The translations under genes were made by a program, and so were the position numbers. Positions 7,514-16,175 of a DNA stretch of 16,861 nt are shown here, piece after piece (the first letter of the stretch is position 1; each line of letters starts with the position of its first letter). Source of the stretch: Nitrospirota bacterium (GTDB lineage: Bacteria > Nitrospirota > UBA9217); contig DASPSR010000031.1 in assembly GCA_035623825.1 (NCBI GenBank), positions 1 to 16,861 on the forward strand. The letters run 5' to 3'. Below the pieces are notes generated by a model that saw only the letters and a program-made list of their open reading frames with translations, was not told the origin of the DNA and searched no databases.

Positions 7514-8606
7514 TCAGGGCACGCGGGGAGGAAGCAGGTAAAGCGTGACGGCGAATGTCAGATATACCGCTATTACCAGGACGCCAATAAACCAAGCCGA
7601 GCGGCCGCCGTTGGATACGAGGGCGGCCGTGATGGCGGCGAGCAGCACCATCAGTACAGCGCCAGGCCAGAACTCCAAGGTCATCGGCTGTGGCCCTAGG
7701 GCATAGCTTGCTAGCACCAGCACCGGTGCCACGAAGAGTGCGATTTGCGTCGAGCTTCCGAGCGCGATGCTAACGCTCAGGTCCAAGCGGTTCTTCCGGG
7801 CTCCCGCGAACGCCGAGGCCATCTCCGCCGCACCTCCCACCAGCGCCACAACGATGAATCCGACGAATGCCTTGCTCATCCCCAGTGCGAGTGCGGCGCC
7901 CTGCACGGACGCGACGAAGACCTCGCTGACCAGCGCGACCAACACGGTAACGCCGCCCAAGGTCCCCAAGGCCAATCGGCCATTGCGCGTCACCATCCTC
8001 CGAATGGCTCTCTGCGGCGCCGAAGAACTGGCGGTGCGTCCTGAGCGTGAAAATCAGCCCGAAGCCATAGACCGCGATCAGGACGATCGCCAGGGACACG
8101 CTTAACTTCTCTGTGAAGGCCGTGTTCTGAGCTGAGTCCGCGGCACCCACGGCGGATGGCAGGAGCAGCGCGATCGTCGCCAGAAATAACTGGCCTGCCT
8201 GAAGCCGGGCGCTCGCACGATTGAATTCCTGCGTGTGATGCTTGAGCCCGCCCAGCAGGAACGAAGCGCCCAGCATGAACAGAGAATTGGTGACGATCGC
8301 GCCGGCTATGGACGCTTTCACCAGCATATATTCCCCCGCCCGCAGGGCAGTCAGGGCGATTACCAGCTCGGTCAGGTTCCCCAGCGTGGCGTTGAGCAGT
8401 CCTCCGACCGCGTCGCCAGTCTTGGCAGCAACCGACTCTGTAGCATGACTGAGTAGTGCCGCGAGCGGCACGATGGCGAGGATGGAGAGCACAAAGAGTA
8501 GTGTCGGCGCTCCGGCCCCCAGATGCTCGATGATGAGCACCACCGGCACAAATGCAAGTAACCAGAGGAGCGGATTGCGGCGTATCTCGCTTAGAAGCAG
8601 GTTCAT
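7514..8606 (-). pseudogene. cax: Ca2+/H+ antiporter (CaCA family, Cax/ChaA-like), frameshifted near 7965-7977
   Basis: Alpha-1 motif GGLLNATLGNLTELVI and ASIAGAIVTNSLF in frame 7770..8606; alpha-2 motif FVGFIVVALVGGAAEM and IALGSSTQIALFVAP in frame 7514..7996; total 1093 nt is not a multiple of 3. Confidence 0.88.
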
Positions 8607-8848
8607 GGGTTATCCTCCGCGTTCTTCCGTCATGCTGACGCAAGACCAGGTATCATGCCTCTTTATTCGGCTCGTCAACTTGCGCCCCCGTTCATGCAGC
8701 TTTCCCAAGCTGAATTGAGGGCTCTGGTTATTAAATCAGGTAGAGAGTTGGATTTTTTGTTGGATTGCCTCTGGGCCGTGGGTCAGTAGCTTAGAGGCCT
8801 CTTTCCATCCCCTCTCGTGAAGGGCCTGCATTGTTTGATCTTAATTAA

Positions 8849-8877
8849 ATACTAACAACGATATGATAAGCTGTCAA
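8849..8877 (-). promoter_or_regulatory. Near-consensus sigma-70 promoter upstream of cax-VIT-OMP
   Basis: TTGACA-N17-TAGTAT with an extended -10 TG. Confidence 0.7.
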
Positions 8878-8935
8878 TTTCCAGGACTGGCACCTTTTCA
8901 CTTTTTTCATTTATGGAGATGTGTGGCAAGAAACA

Positions 8936-8963
8936 TAAAAAGGGCATGTCACGATCCATGCCC
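8936..8963 (-). terminator. Intrinsic terminator of the 9001..9981 gene
   Basis: GGGCATG-GATCGTGA-CATGCCC followed by TTTTT on the minus strand, about 37 nt after the stop. Confidence 0.8.
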
Positions 8964-9000
8964 CGTTCTGCTCAGACCTTCTCCGTGAAATCATTCCCGC

Positions 9001-9981
9001 TCAGAAGCGAAACGTTACACCGAGCGTCGGGCCACTGAAGCGAAGGTCCTGAAGGAATTTATCGTCTTTTTGATCATAGAAAAGATCACGGTAAGCGAGT
9101 GTCACTCCGCCCCAATTGAATGAATAGGCGACGCCGAGCAGCCACTGCCACGTCAGGTTCGAAGATCCCGTGCCGACATCGATGTAGTATGGGATTGACC
9201 ACTTGCCGTTGCCAAGCAGAACGCGCCCACGGACACCGACAATCCCGTCCAAGAGGTTTTTGCTCTCTGAGACTCCGCCGGCCCGCGGGAAGATCTGCAC
9301 TCCCCCAGGTCCGGTAACCGACGTCGCAAGCTGCCAGTCTGAAGTGGCTGAAATCTCGAAGTAGCGCATCCCGCCGATCACGTCCAGCATCACAGCCTTG
9401 CCGGTCTCCACGGTATAGCCTGCGGCGAGCGTCCAGGCAATTCCCCGAAACGTTGAACTGGTGGCGACGTTCGCGCTGGAGCTTACGAGATTTCCGCCGA
9501 AATTGATGGTCTTTACCGAACTATCCTGATCGGCGAAGCTCAGATAGATCAGATCGGTGAACACCGACCATCGGTCCCTGTGAGCCTCACCCGATATCAT
9601 GATGACGGCCTGGAGATTCTGGAGATATTCGTTCGGGCCGACCTCGACGTCCGGGCTGCCTCCGGCCCCCGGCGGAATGTTGTATTTCAGTGTGCCGTCG
9701 ACATTCGGCAACCAAAGGTAGGGCGTAATCGAGAAAGACCACTTCGCCGAGGGAGAAGCGGTATCTGCCTGAGGAGAGCTTGAGATTTCGTCGTCCTTGG
9801 CAATTGTGAGATCCGCCATGACGTATTTTTTGTCGAGCTGCCATCCAGCGGGAACTCCGCCCTCATTGAGTGCGCCCGAAAAATCCGCAATCGTGATGCT
9901 CTCCTCAGCCCATGCCGTCCCTGTAAGAAAAAGGACGGCAATCAACAAAATTTTTGATGTACGTGTGAACATAGGCCTCAT
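9001..9981 (-). CDS. Hypothetical outer-membrane beta-barrel protein
   Basis: Signal peptide ending TAWA|E; barrel begins WSFSITPYLWLPNVDG; C-terminal FSGPTLGVTFRF beta-signal; start may be 9972. Confidence 0.85.
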   Translation of the reverse strand: MRPMFTRTSKILLIAVLFLTGTAWAEESITIADFSGALNEGGVPAGWQLDKKYVMADLTIAKDDEISSSPQADTASPSAKWSFSITPYLWLPNVDGTLKYNIPPGAGGSPDVEVGPNEYLQNLQAVIMISGEAHRDRWSVFTDLIYLSFADQDSSVKTINFGGNLVSSSANVATSSTFRGIAWTLAAGYTVETGKAVMLDVIGGMRYFEISATSDWQLATSVTGPGGVQIFPRAGGVSESKNLLDGIVGVRGRVLLGNGKWSIPYYIDVGTGSSNLTWQWLLGVAYSFNWGGVTLAYRDLFYDQKDDKFLQDLRFSGPTLGVTFRF

Positions 9982-10257
9982 ATTGTTTTGTCGAAATAAA
10001 CCTCTTCAATCAAAGCACCCAGATAAACTGAACATAGTCCGATTCTCGATCAATCGTGTGACAGGCACTGGCGGCCAATTCAATGGTCTGCGCATTTCTG
10101 CTTGAAACATATCAACGACGAGTTGTGGCTTCTCCGATTAACGACGAGATCACACGTCGCTTAGTTGTCGGCGTGAGCGACTCCTTTTGCCCAGCTCAAG
10201 AGGTCGATGCCTTATGATTTCTCCTGTTATGACATTCCCATTTCTCATTTAATAAAA

Positions 10258-11937
10258 TCACGCCATGAGTAACACGATTACCAAACCCCAGATCGTCAGC
10301 AGGGTGTTGCCCACGGCATAGGTGACAGTATAACCGAGGGCAGGCACCTTGCTTTTGGCCACATCCTCGATCATTCCAAGCGCCGCCGTCGTCGCTCGTG
10401 CGCCTGCCGCTGCTCCCAGGCAGATACCCGGGTGGAACTTGAAGATATATTTGCCCATGAGAACTCCCAAGATTAACGGGATCGACGTCACTATGAGTCC
10501 GGTGACGAACAGACTCAGCCCTGCCTGTTTCAGACCCGCCACAAAACTCGGACCAGCGCTGATTCCGACAACAGCGATGAACGCGGTGAGACCTAGGTTA
10601 CTAAAGATCCACACTGCTGGGGCAGGGATTCGACCGAACGTTCTCTTCACGGACCGGAGCCAGCCGAATACGAGCCCGGCGATGAGCGCACCACCGCTCG
10701 TGCTGAGGCGTAAGGGAATCCCGCCCAGCCTTATCGTCAGAGCTCCGACAAGACCGCCCAGAACAATACCTACCCCCACGAATATCATGTCGGTAGTGTT
10801 CGTGAGGCGGTCAGCATATCCAAGCTCCTTTGCTACACTTTCAACATCGCGCTTAGCGCCTACAAGTGTCAGCACATCGCCGCGGTCGACTGTCGTGGCT
10901 GGCATGAAAGGCATCTCCTCCCCTGCCCGCATGAGTTTTCGCAAGAAAACTCCACGCGCGAACTCGTTGGCTGCTAAATCAGCCAGTGTCTTTCCTGCAA
11001 GAGACTTGTTCGTTATCACCACATCGAGCACTGCCGCAGGGAAATCAAGCAGTTCCTTATCATCGACCTCGGGTCCGATCATGGCACCACGTTCCACATG
11101 CATGTCCTGACGGTAGGCCACGACGACTACATCGTCCCGAAGTATGACCGTCGCGGGCTCGGGCTCGATGATCGCACCGCTATGGCGGACCCGAAGAATA
11201 AAAACACGAGCATCCCTCGGTAAGGCCTCGAGCTCAGCAACGGTCCTGTGCGCTATATCCTGATTGGTCACACGGTAAGCGCGCACATCGAATCGGCGGG
11301 CCAGTGACAGGACTCCAGGTTCAGCCTCAGTTCCGCCCATCTTTGCCTCAAGCTTTTTACACTCTTCTGCCAAGTCACCGCGAAGCAGTTTGGGCCCGAT
11401 GGACGCCAAAAGCCACGCGGAGCCGGCAGTGCCGAAAATGTAGGTCACCGCGTATGCAACCGGCATGTGATTGAGAAGCTTGGTTTTTTCCTCCGGGGAG
11501 ATGCCGAGCTGATTGATCGCGTCCGTGGCGACACCGAGCACCGCGGAAATCGTTTGGGATCCAGACAATAGCCCTGCCGCCGCCCCGACGTCTAAGCCCA
11601 AAATCTTGGCGACCACATATACGGTAAACAAGGAGACGAGGCACTGAAGCACGGCGAAGGTGACCTGGGGAACCCCATCGCTCTTCAGGCCCCGGAAGAA
11701 CTGAGGCCCGACGCCATAGCCCACGGCAAAAAGGAATAGCAGGAAGAAAACCGATTTTACATTCGGGGAAATGGAAATCTGCATCTGCCCGATAAGGACG
11801 CCGGCGAGCAAAACGCCAGTTACCGCGCCGAGGTTGAACTTGCCGAACTTGATGTTTCCAACCCAGTAGCCGAGCGCCAACGTCAGGAAGATTGCCAGCT
11901 CTGGGTATTGCTGAAATGTTTTGACGAACCAGTCCAT
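10258..11937 (-). CDS. aspT: Aspartate:alanine antiporter (AspT/YidE/YbjL, AAE family) with TrkA_C domains
   Basis: YPELAIFLTLALGYWVG, FLLFLFAVGYGVGPQFF, GLLSGSQTISAVLG, VAYAVTYIFGT and PALGYTVTYAVGNTLLT; start MDWFVK at 11937 with RBS AAAGGAG. Confidence 0.9.
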   Translation of the reverse strand: MDWFVKTFQQYPELAIFLTLALGYWVGNIKFGKFNLGAVTGVLLAGVLIGQMQISISPNVKSVFFLLFLFAVGYGVGPQFFRGLKSDGVPQVTFAVLQCLVSLFTVYVVAKILGLDVGAAAGLLSGSQTISAVLGVATDAINQLGISPEEKTKLLNHMPVAYAVTYIFGTAGSAWLLASIGPKLLRGDLAEECKKLEAKMGGTEAEPGVLSLARRFDVRAYRVTNQDIAHRTVAELEALPRDARVFILRVRHSGAIIEPEPATVILRDDVVVVAYRQDMHVERGAMIGPEVDDKELLDFPAAVLDVVITNKSLAGKTLADLAANEFARGVFLRKLMRAGEEMPFMPATTVDRGDVLTLVGAKRDVESVAKELGYADRLTNTTDMIFVGVGIVLGGLVGALTIRLGGIPLRLSTSGGALIAGLVFGWLRSVKRTFGRIPAPAVWIFSNLGLTAFIAVVGISAGPSFVAGLKQAGLSLFVTGLIVTSIPLILGVLMGKYIFKFHPGICLGAAAGARATTAALGMIEDVAKSKVPALGYTVTYAVGNTLLTIWGLVIVLLMA

Positions 11938-12063
11938 CTCGTTGCTCCTTTCATAGGGCATCCAGTTTCCGCGTGCGCTTCTCCTTCTCACGTTCTTTCA
12001 AGCAAATCCCTTTCCACTCCATCAAGCGCTAGAACTTAAAAACAGCCCCATGTTCATCGCGAG

Positions 12064-12092
12064 ATTGTATCATTTGTTCAGTGCAAGGTCCA
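12064..12092 (-). promoter_or_regulatory. Putative sigma-70 promoter for aspT
   Basis: TGGACC-N17-TACAAT with an extended -10 TG. Confidence 0.45.
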
Positions 12093-12146
12093 TTTTGCGC
12101 TTTCTTTTACTATTTTTACCTGTGTTTCTGTTCTGTCATACTGATT

Positions 12147-12884
12147 TTATTGTGATGAATCGAAAGCCTGTCGCTCTTTTTTTCGTCTTGCTCCAGACAG
12201 GATATTAAGTGTTTCTACTAACCCGGAAAACCCCATTGCAAAATAAATATAAGCCTTGGGTATATGGAATTCCATTCCGTCTGCCGTTAAAGTGACGCCA
12301 ACCATGAGCAGAAAACTGAGCGCAAGCATTTTCAGTGAAGGATGACGGTCGATAAACTTGCTGATCGCTGATGAAGCCACCAGCATGAGTAGCATTGCAA
12401 TAGTTATGGCCGCTATCATGACACCAAGATTCTGTGCCATACCGATAGCTGTGATGACAGAATCAATGGAAAAGACAATATCAAATAAGATGATCTGTGT
12501 GACAACAGCCACAAACGTAGTCCTTACCTTCGTGACCGTCTGTTTGTCCTCACTTTCAAACATCCGATGAATTTCATGAGTTCCCTTATAGATCAGGAAG
12601 AGACCGCCAGCGATCAGAATAAGATCACGGACTGAAAAGTTAATGCTGAATAATGAAAAAAGAGGCGTCTTCAGGCTTGCCAACCACGCAATGCTCAGAA
12701 GGAATAATAATCTCGTTAACAGGGCTAGCCCAATACCAATCTGACGAGCTTTCGGTTGATGCTCATAAGGCAATTTGCTCGTCAGGAGGGAAATCACCAC
12801 GATGTTGTCTATTCCCAGAATGATCTCCAAAGCAGTCAAAGTAATCAAACCAATCCATACTTGTGAAGCTAACATCCATTCCAT
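12147..12884 (-). CDS. TerC-family integral membrane protein (short form, no CBS domains)
   Basis: LTALEIILGIDNIVVI, DLILIAGGLFLIYKGTHEI, QIILFDIVFSIDSVITAIGM and HPSLKMLALSFLLMVG; ATG at 12884 best fits RBS GAGG. Confidence 0.92.
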   Translation of the reverse strand: MEWMLASQVWIGLITLTALEIILGIDNIVVISLLTSKLPYEHQPKARQIGIGLALLTRLLFLLSIAWLASLKTPLFSLFSINFSVRDLILIAGGLFLIYKGTHEIHRMFESEDKQTVTKVRTTFVAVVTQIILFDIVFSIDSVITAIGMAQNLGVMIAAITIAMLLMLVASSAISKFIDRHPSLKMLALSFLLMVGVTLTADGMEFHIPKAYIYFAMGFSGLVETLNILSGARRKKERQAFDSSQ

Positions 12885-13050
12885 AGGCACACCTCTTTTG
12901 AGATTTAACCTTAGACTAGCCGCAGAATTCCTTGAGTGATAATTTCAATGATTCCCGTGCTTTCGCTTATAATCAAGTTCAAATCCGACGCATTAAAAAA
13001 ACTTTGCAGGATGCCCTATGTTTTGGCGCAGAGAAGCGGAGAGATTAATG

Positions 13051-14253
13051 TCAGAAAATGATACCGAAAAAGCGTTTGATCAACTCTTCCAACGGCATCA
13101 TGGTAAGGGCCAGGGGAAGGACAGGCAGCAGGATGATGACGATGAGCTGAATGACCGCTTCTCTGGTAAACGGGATAGGTTTTATGCCCCGGACTATCTC
13201 GAAACTGTTCCCGAGGTCGGCGAGAGATTGTATATCGCCACTCCCGATCAGCTGCTCGTCCGGCGCTGCAACACCACGGACCCATTTCTGATCGAACTCC
13301 TCTACATACCGGCTCCCAAGCTTCCCGTACTCGCGCAGGCCGACCCTCCTCGCACGTGCCAGGTGAGGGATGAAGACAAGCAACGGGCCTAACACCATGA
13401 ACATGACTACGGCGATAACGACGCTTCCCTCGACTTTGAAATCCATCAGTTTCGCTCCAGCATAAAAAATCTGGCCGCCTATCAGTCCCGAAAGCAGTGC
13501 CCCATGCGCAAGGATAAACAGCGACATGGAATCTACACTTGCCGAGATGAAACCAAGACCTGCCATGCGGTCTGGGTGGGTGGGAACAAGGTGCAAATTG
13601 AGCTTTGAGACCTGCCACAGAAAGCGAGCCCATACAAAAAGTCGAAAATACCAGCGGACAAAAATAAACTGAACAAGAGGCCGGCTCACAAAAGTGTACC
13701 AGTATCCGGCGGGCGATAGATGCACAACGCCGTTACTGCTTGTCGCATACCAGGTTGTGTTTTGCTGGACAACCTGCCCCATTCCGCTCGCGGCGCTCCA
13801 GAGGAAATGACCACCTACAAAGACACCCAGGAGGAGGATGACCTCGACTGCAACTGAATTCCTCAGTCTCATGGCCGAATCGATAATCGCGTCGAATCGC
13901 GAAAGCGACTCCTTAGGAATGATCCCCCGCTCCAAGAACTGCTGAACGACTATCCTGATCCGTGTATGAATTATTAGCTCGGCTCCTATGAGCAGCGGCA
14001 ACGCAAGCAAGAAACGTAGTTGCATTTCTATGTCGTAAAGGAAAGGTATCCGTACGCTACCAAGCGCCTTGCCATCGAGCAGAGAGAGAAGAAATAGCGG
14101 GAGCCATGCCAGGAGGGTAATAACGATAATACGTTTTGTGAGATGCCCGAGGGAGGAGTCCTCTAACCGCGCACGAATCAAGAGCTGGTAGAGTGGTCCC
14201 CCTGCTACAAGCGAGAAATCTTGCGATTTTTTTAAATATTCCGACTCGTTCAT
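13051..14253 (-). CDS. Conserved-looking hypothetical multi-pass membrane protein
   Basis: 400 aa with many TM segments; motifs DFSLVAGGPLYQL, LVPTHPDRMAGLGF and LIGSGDIQSLADLGNSF; no function assignable by eye. Confidence 0.85.
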   Translation of the reverse strand: MNESEYLKKSQDFSLVAGGPLYQLLIRARLEDSSLGHLTKRIIVITLLAWLPLFLLSLLDGKALGSVRIPFLYDIEMQLRFLLALPLLIGAELIIHTRIRIVVQQFLERGIIPKESLSRFDAIIDSAMRLRNSVAVEVILLLGVFVGGHFLWSAASGMGQVVQQNTTWYATSSNGVVHLSPAGYWYTFVSRPLVQFIFVRWYFRLFVWARFLWQVSKLNLHLVPTHPDRMAGLGFISASVDSMSLFILAHGALLSGLIGGQIFYAGAKLMDFKVEGSVVIAVVMFMVLGPLLVFIPHLARARRVGLREYGKLGSRYVEEFDQKWVRGVAAPDEQLIGSGDIQSLADLGNSFEIVRGIKPIPFTREAVIQLIVIILLPVLPLALTMMPLEELIKRFFGIIF

Positions 14254-14435
14254 ATCACAGTCAAGACTACATAAAGATACCAGCTAAAAATTAATTTGTT
14301 GCCCTTCAGCGCTGATCAATCGAAATCACTAAATACAAATATCACTAAATAATTGATTATAGCACGAATCAAAGTCGAGCATCGATATCGAATGAGATAT
14401 TATTAAGATATTGCATAACCGAAGTCTCTCAGTCA

Positions 14436-15770
14436 TCAGAACACAATCCGAAGCCTGAAGCCGAGCACCGTTGCCGTGCCTATGTGATCTTTAACTATAA
14501 CCGGGATTGGTCTTCCAAGGACGTCCCTGGTGCTGAAGTCTATGAGCCGTTGCTGGGCAGGGTTGATCACCTGGATGTCAGGAGTCAATGTCATCCATGG
14601 CGTTATCGCATAATTATAGTAGCCCTCGAACACCTGTTCGTCCCCCAATGCCGTTCTTGTTTGAATTGGTCCTGTAAACGTTATCTGACTGATATTTATG
14701 TAATAATATCCCAAGCCGAAGCCGTCCAGAGGCCGACCGGGGATCACCCCCCTGCCGCCGACCCCTATGCTGATAAAGTAGTGAACAGGATTGGGATCGC
14801 CGTCAGAGGCCCCGAACCTTCCGAAGATGCCCCAGCCTTGACCCGAACCTTTTTTGGGCTCGTACAGGTACTGATCAAAATTGTAATATACGGCCCAGGT
14901 ATAGTCCTTCTGCTCAATGGCGCCATTTGCGACGATGAAGCGCAAGTTCTGGTTAAGTGATGTATAGTCCTTGCTCGAATAGAATCCGCCGACTAGCTGA
15001 TGCCCGGTAAGTCCGAGGAAGTCTGTCCGCACCCTCCCCTCAATGCTATAGATGGTGTTGTCGTCGAATACGGTATTAAAGCCGCTGCTGTTAGCTTGTC
15101 CGTCTGCATCGGTCACAGAAACACTTATGGTGGCAGCATCTGCGTCAGCAGTAGGCAGTATGATCACTCCCGCACCCAGCGTAGAATACGGAGTCAACAA
15201 ACTGACAGGGTTGTTGTTAAATGCAAGATTAAAGAACTGTGTGTCACCTTTGCCGTGCGCGAACTCGTTTGCATCACCGTCCATGGTATCGAGCTTGCCA
15301 AGGAACACGCCAACGTAATTCGAGAAAAACTGCGTAAACATCACTGCTGGCATATTGACTTCGTTACTGCTCGTCGTTGGGAAAATCTGATTGGCATCGA
15401 CCTGCATGAGAGCTCCCGTATAGGAGTTGACAGAATTGCCAAAATTACCCTCCACCTCCACCATAAAGGACCCCCCGGGCCACCATCCCAGCTTTTGCGT
15501 ATCGACGTTGAGCATGAGGTCCCCGCGGCCACCGTACTGCCAACCTGTCCTCTTTCCTCCGCCGATGTCGCCTTGCACAATCTGGGTAAGATTCAGATCG
15601 AGAGTCACTCCTTTTTTTGCCAGGTCATTGCGAAGACCACCCCAGTCTCCCATGAGTGTCGATCGGGACCATAAGTCCCCCGAATAGTTAACGGATTCCT
15701 CCTCCGCAACCACCTGAGTACATACTCCAAATATTAATATGATCGTTGAGATGACTGCTGATCTTTTCAT
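14436..15770 (-). CDS. Carbohydrate-selective porin, OprB family
   Basis: Signal peptide; TLMGDWGGLRNDLAKKGVTLDL, DTQKLGWWPGG, EQVFEGYYNYAITPWMTLTPDIQVINP; C-terminal LGFRLRIVF. Confidence 0.9.
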   Translation of the reverse strand: MKRSAVISTIILIFGVCTQVVAEEESVNYSGDLWSRSTLMGDWGGLRNDLAKKGVTLDLNLTQIVQGDIGGGKRTGWQYGGRGDLMLNVDTQKLGWWPGGSFMVEVEGNFGNSVNSYTGALMQVDANQIFPTTSSNEVNMPAVMFTQFFSNYVGVFLGKLDTMDGDANEFAHGKGDTQFFNLAFNNNPVSLLTPYSTLGAGVIILPTADADAATISVSVTDADGQANSSGFNTVFDDNTIYSIEGRVRTDFLGLTGHQLVGGFYSSKDYTSLNQNLRFIVANGAIEQKDYTWAVYYNFDQYLYEPKKGSGQGWGIFGRFGASDGDPNPVHYFISIGVGGRGVIPGRPLDGFGLGYYYINISQITFTGPIQTRTALGDEQVFEGYYNYAITPWMTLTPDIQVINPAQQRLIDFSTRDVLGRPIPVIVKDHIGTATVLGFRLRIVF

Positions 15771-16175
15771 TCTTGGTCTTCTTCCCTTCTGTCAAACCGG
15801 CGTTAAGAGCGGATTTGCCAAGATGGCGTGCGACATGTGATCGCACTCGGACGACCAGCAAAGATGGGAGTCGAGGTAAATTGGTCCATGACCATTATTG
15901 AGCCGCATACATTCGTCGCAGAAGCATTTGCGGCGTATTACCGCCGGACATACTATAGAAGAATGATTTATAAAAAAGTATTAAGCAATGCGGCTCACAT
16001 CGTATCACAATTCAGATAATAATTTCGGCTGAAATACGGAGTTTCCAAATGACGCATCGGTTGAGCCTTTGCAGGACGAACTCGATGGAGAACTGCAATA
16101 TCACAAAATAAGAATTTCATGAAAAAGAAGGCCTGAATAATTTTTACCGACGAAGATTGTTAAATCGTACATAGC

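Noticed and set aside
12885-13050. yybP-ykoY Mn riboswitch expected upstream of terC
   Set aside because: No AAGGGGAGUAG / CAAGACC consensus is visible on the minus strand.
14325-14351. ATCACTAAATA repeated twice with a 16-bp period
   Set aside because: A short AT-rich local duplication with no supporting context.
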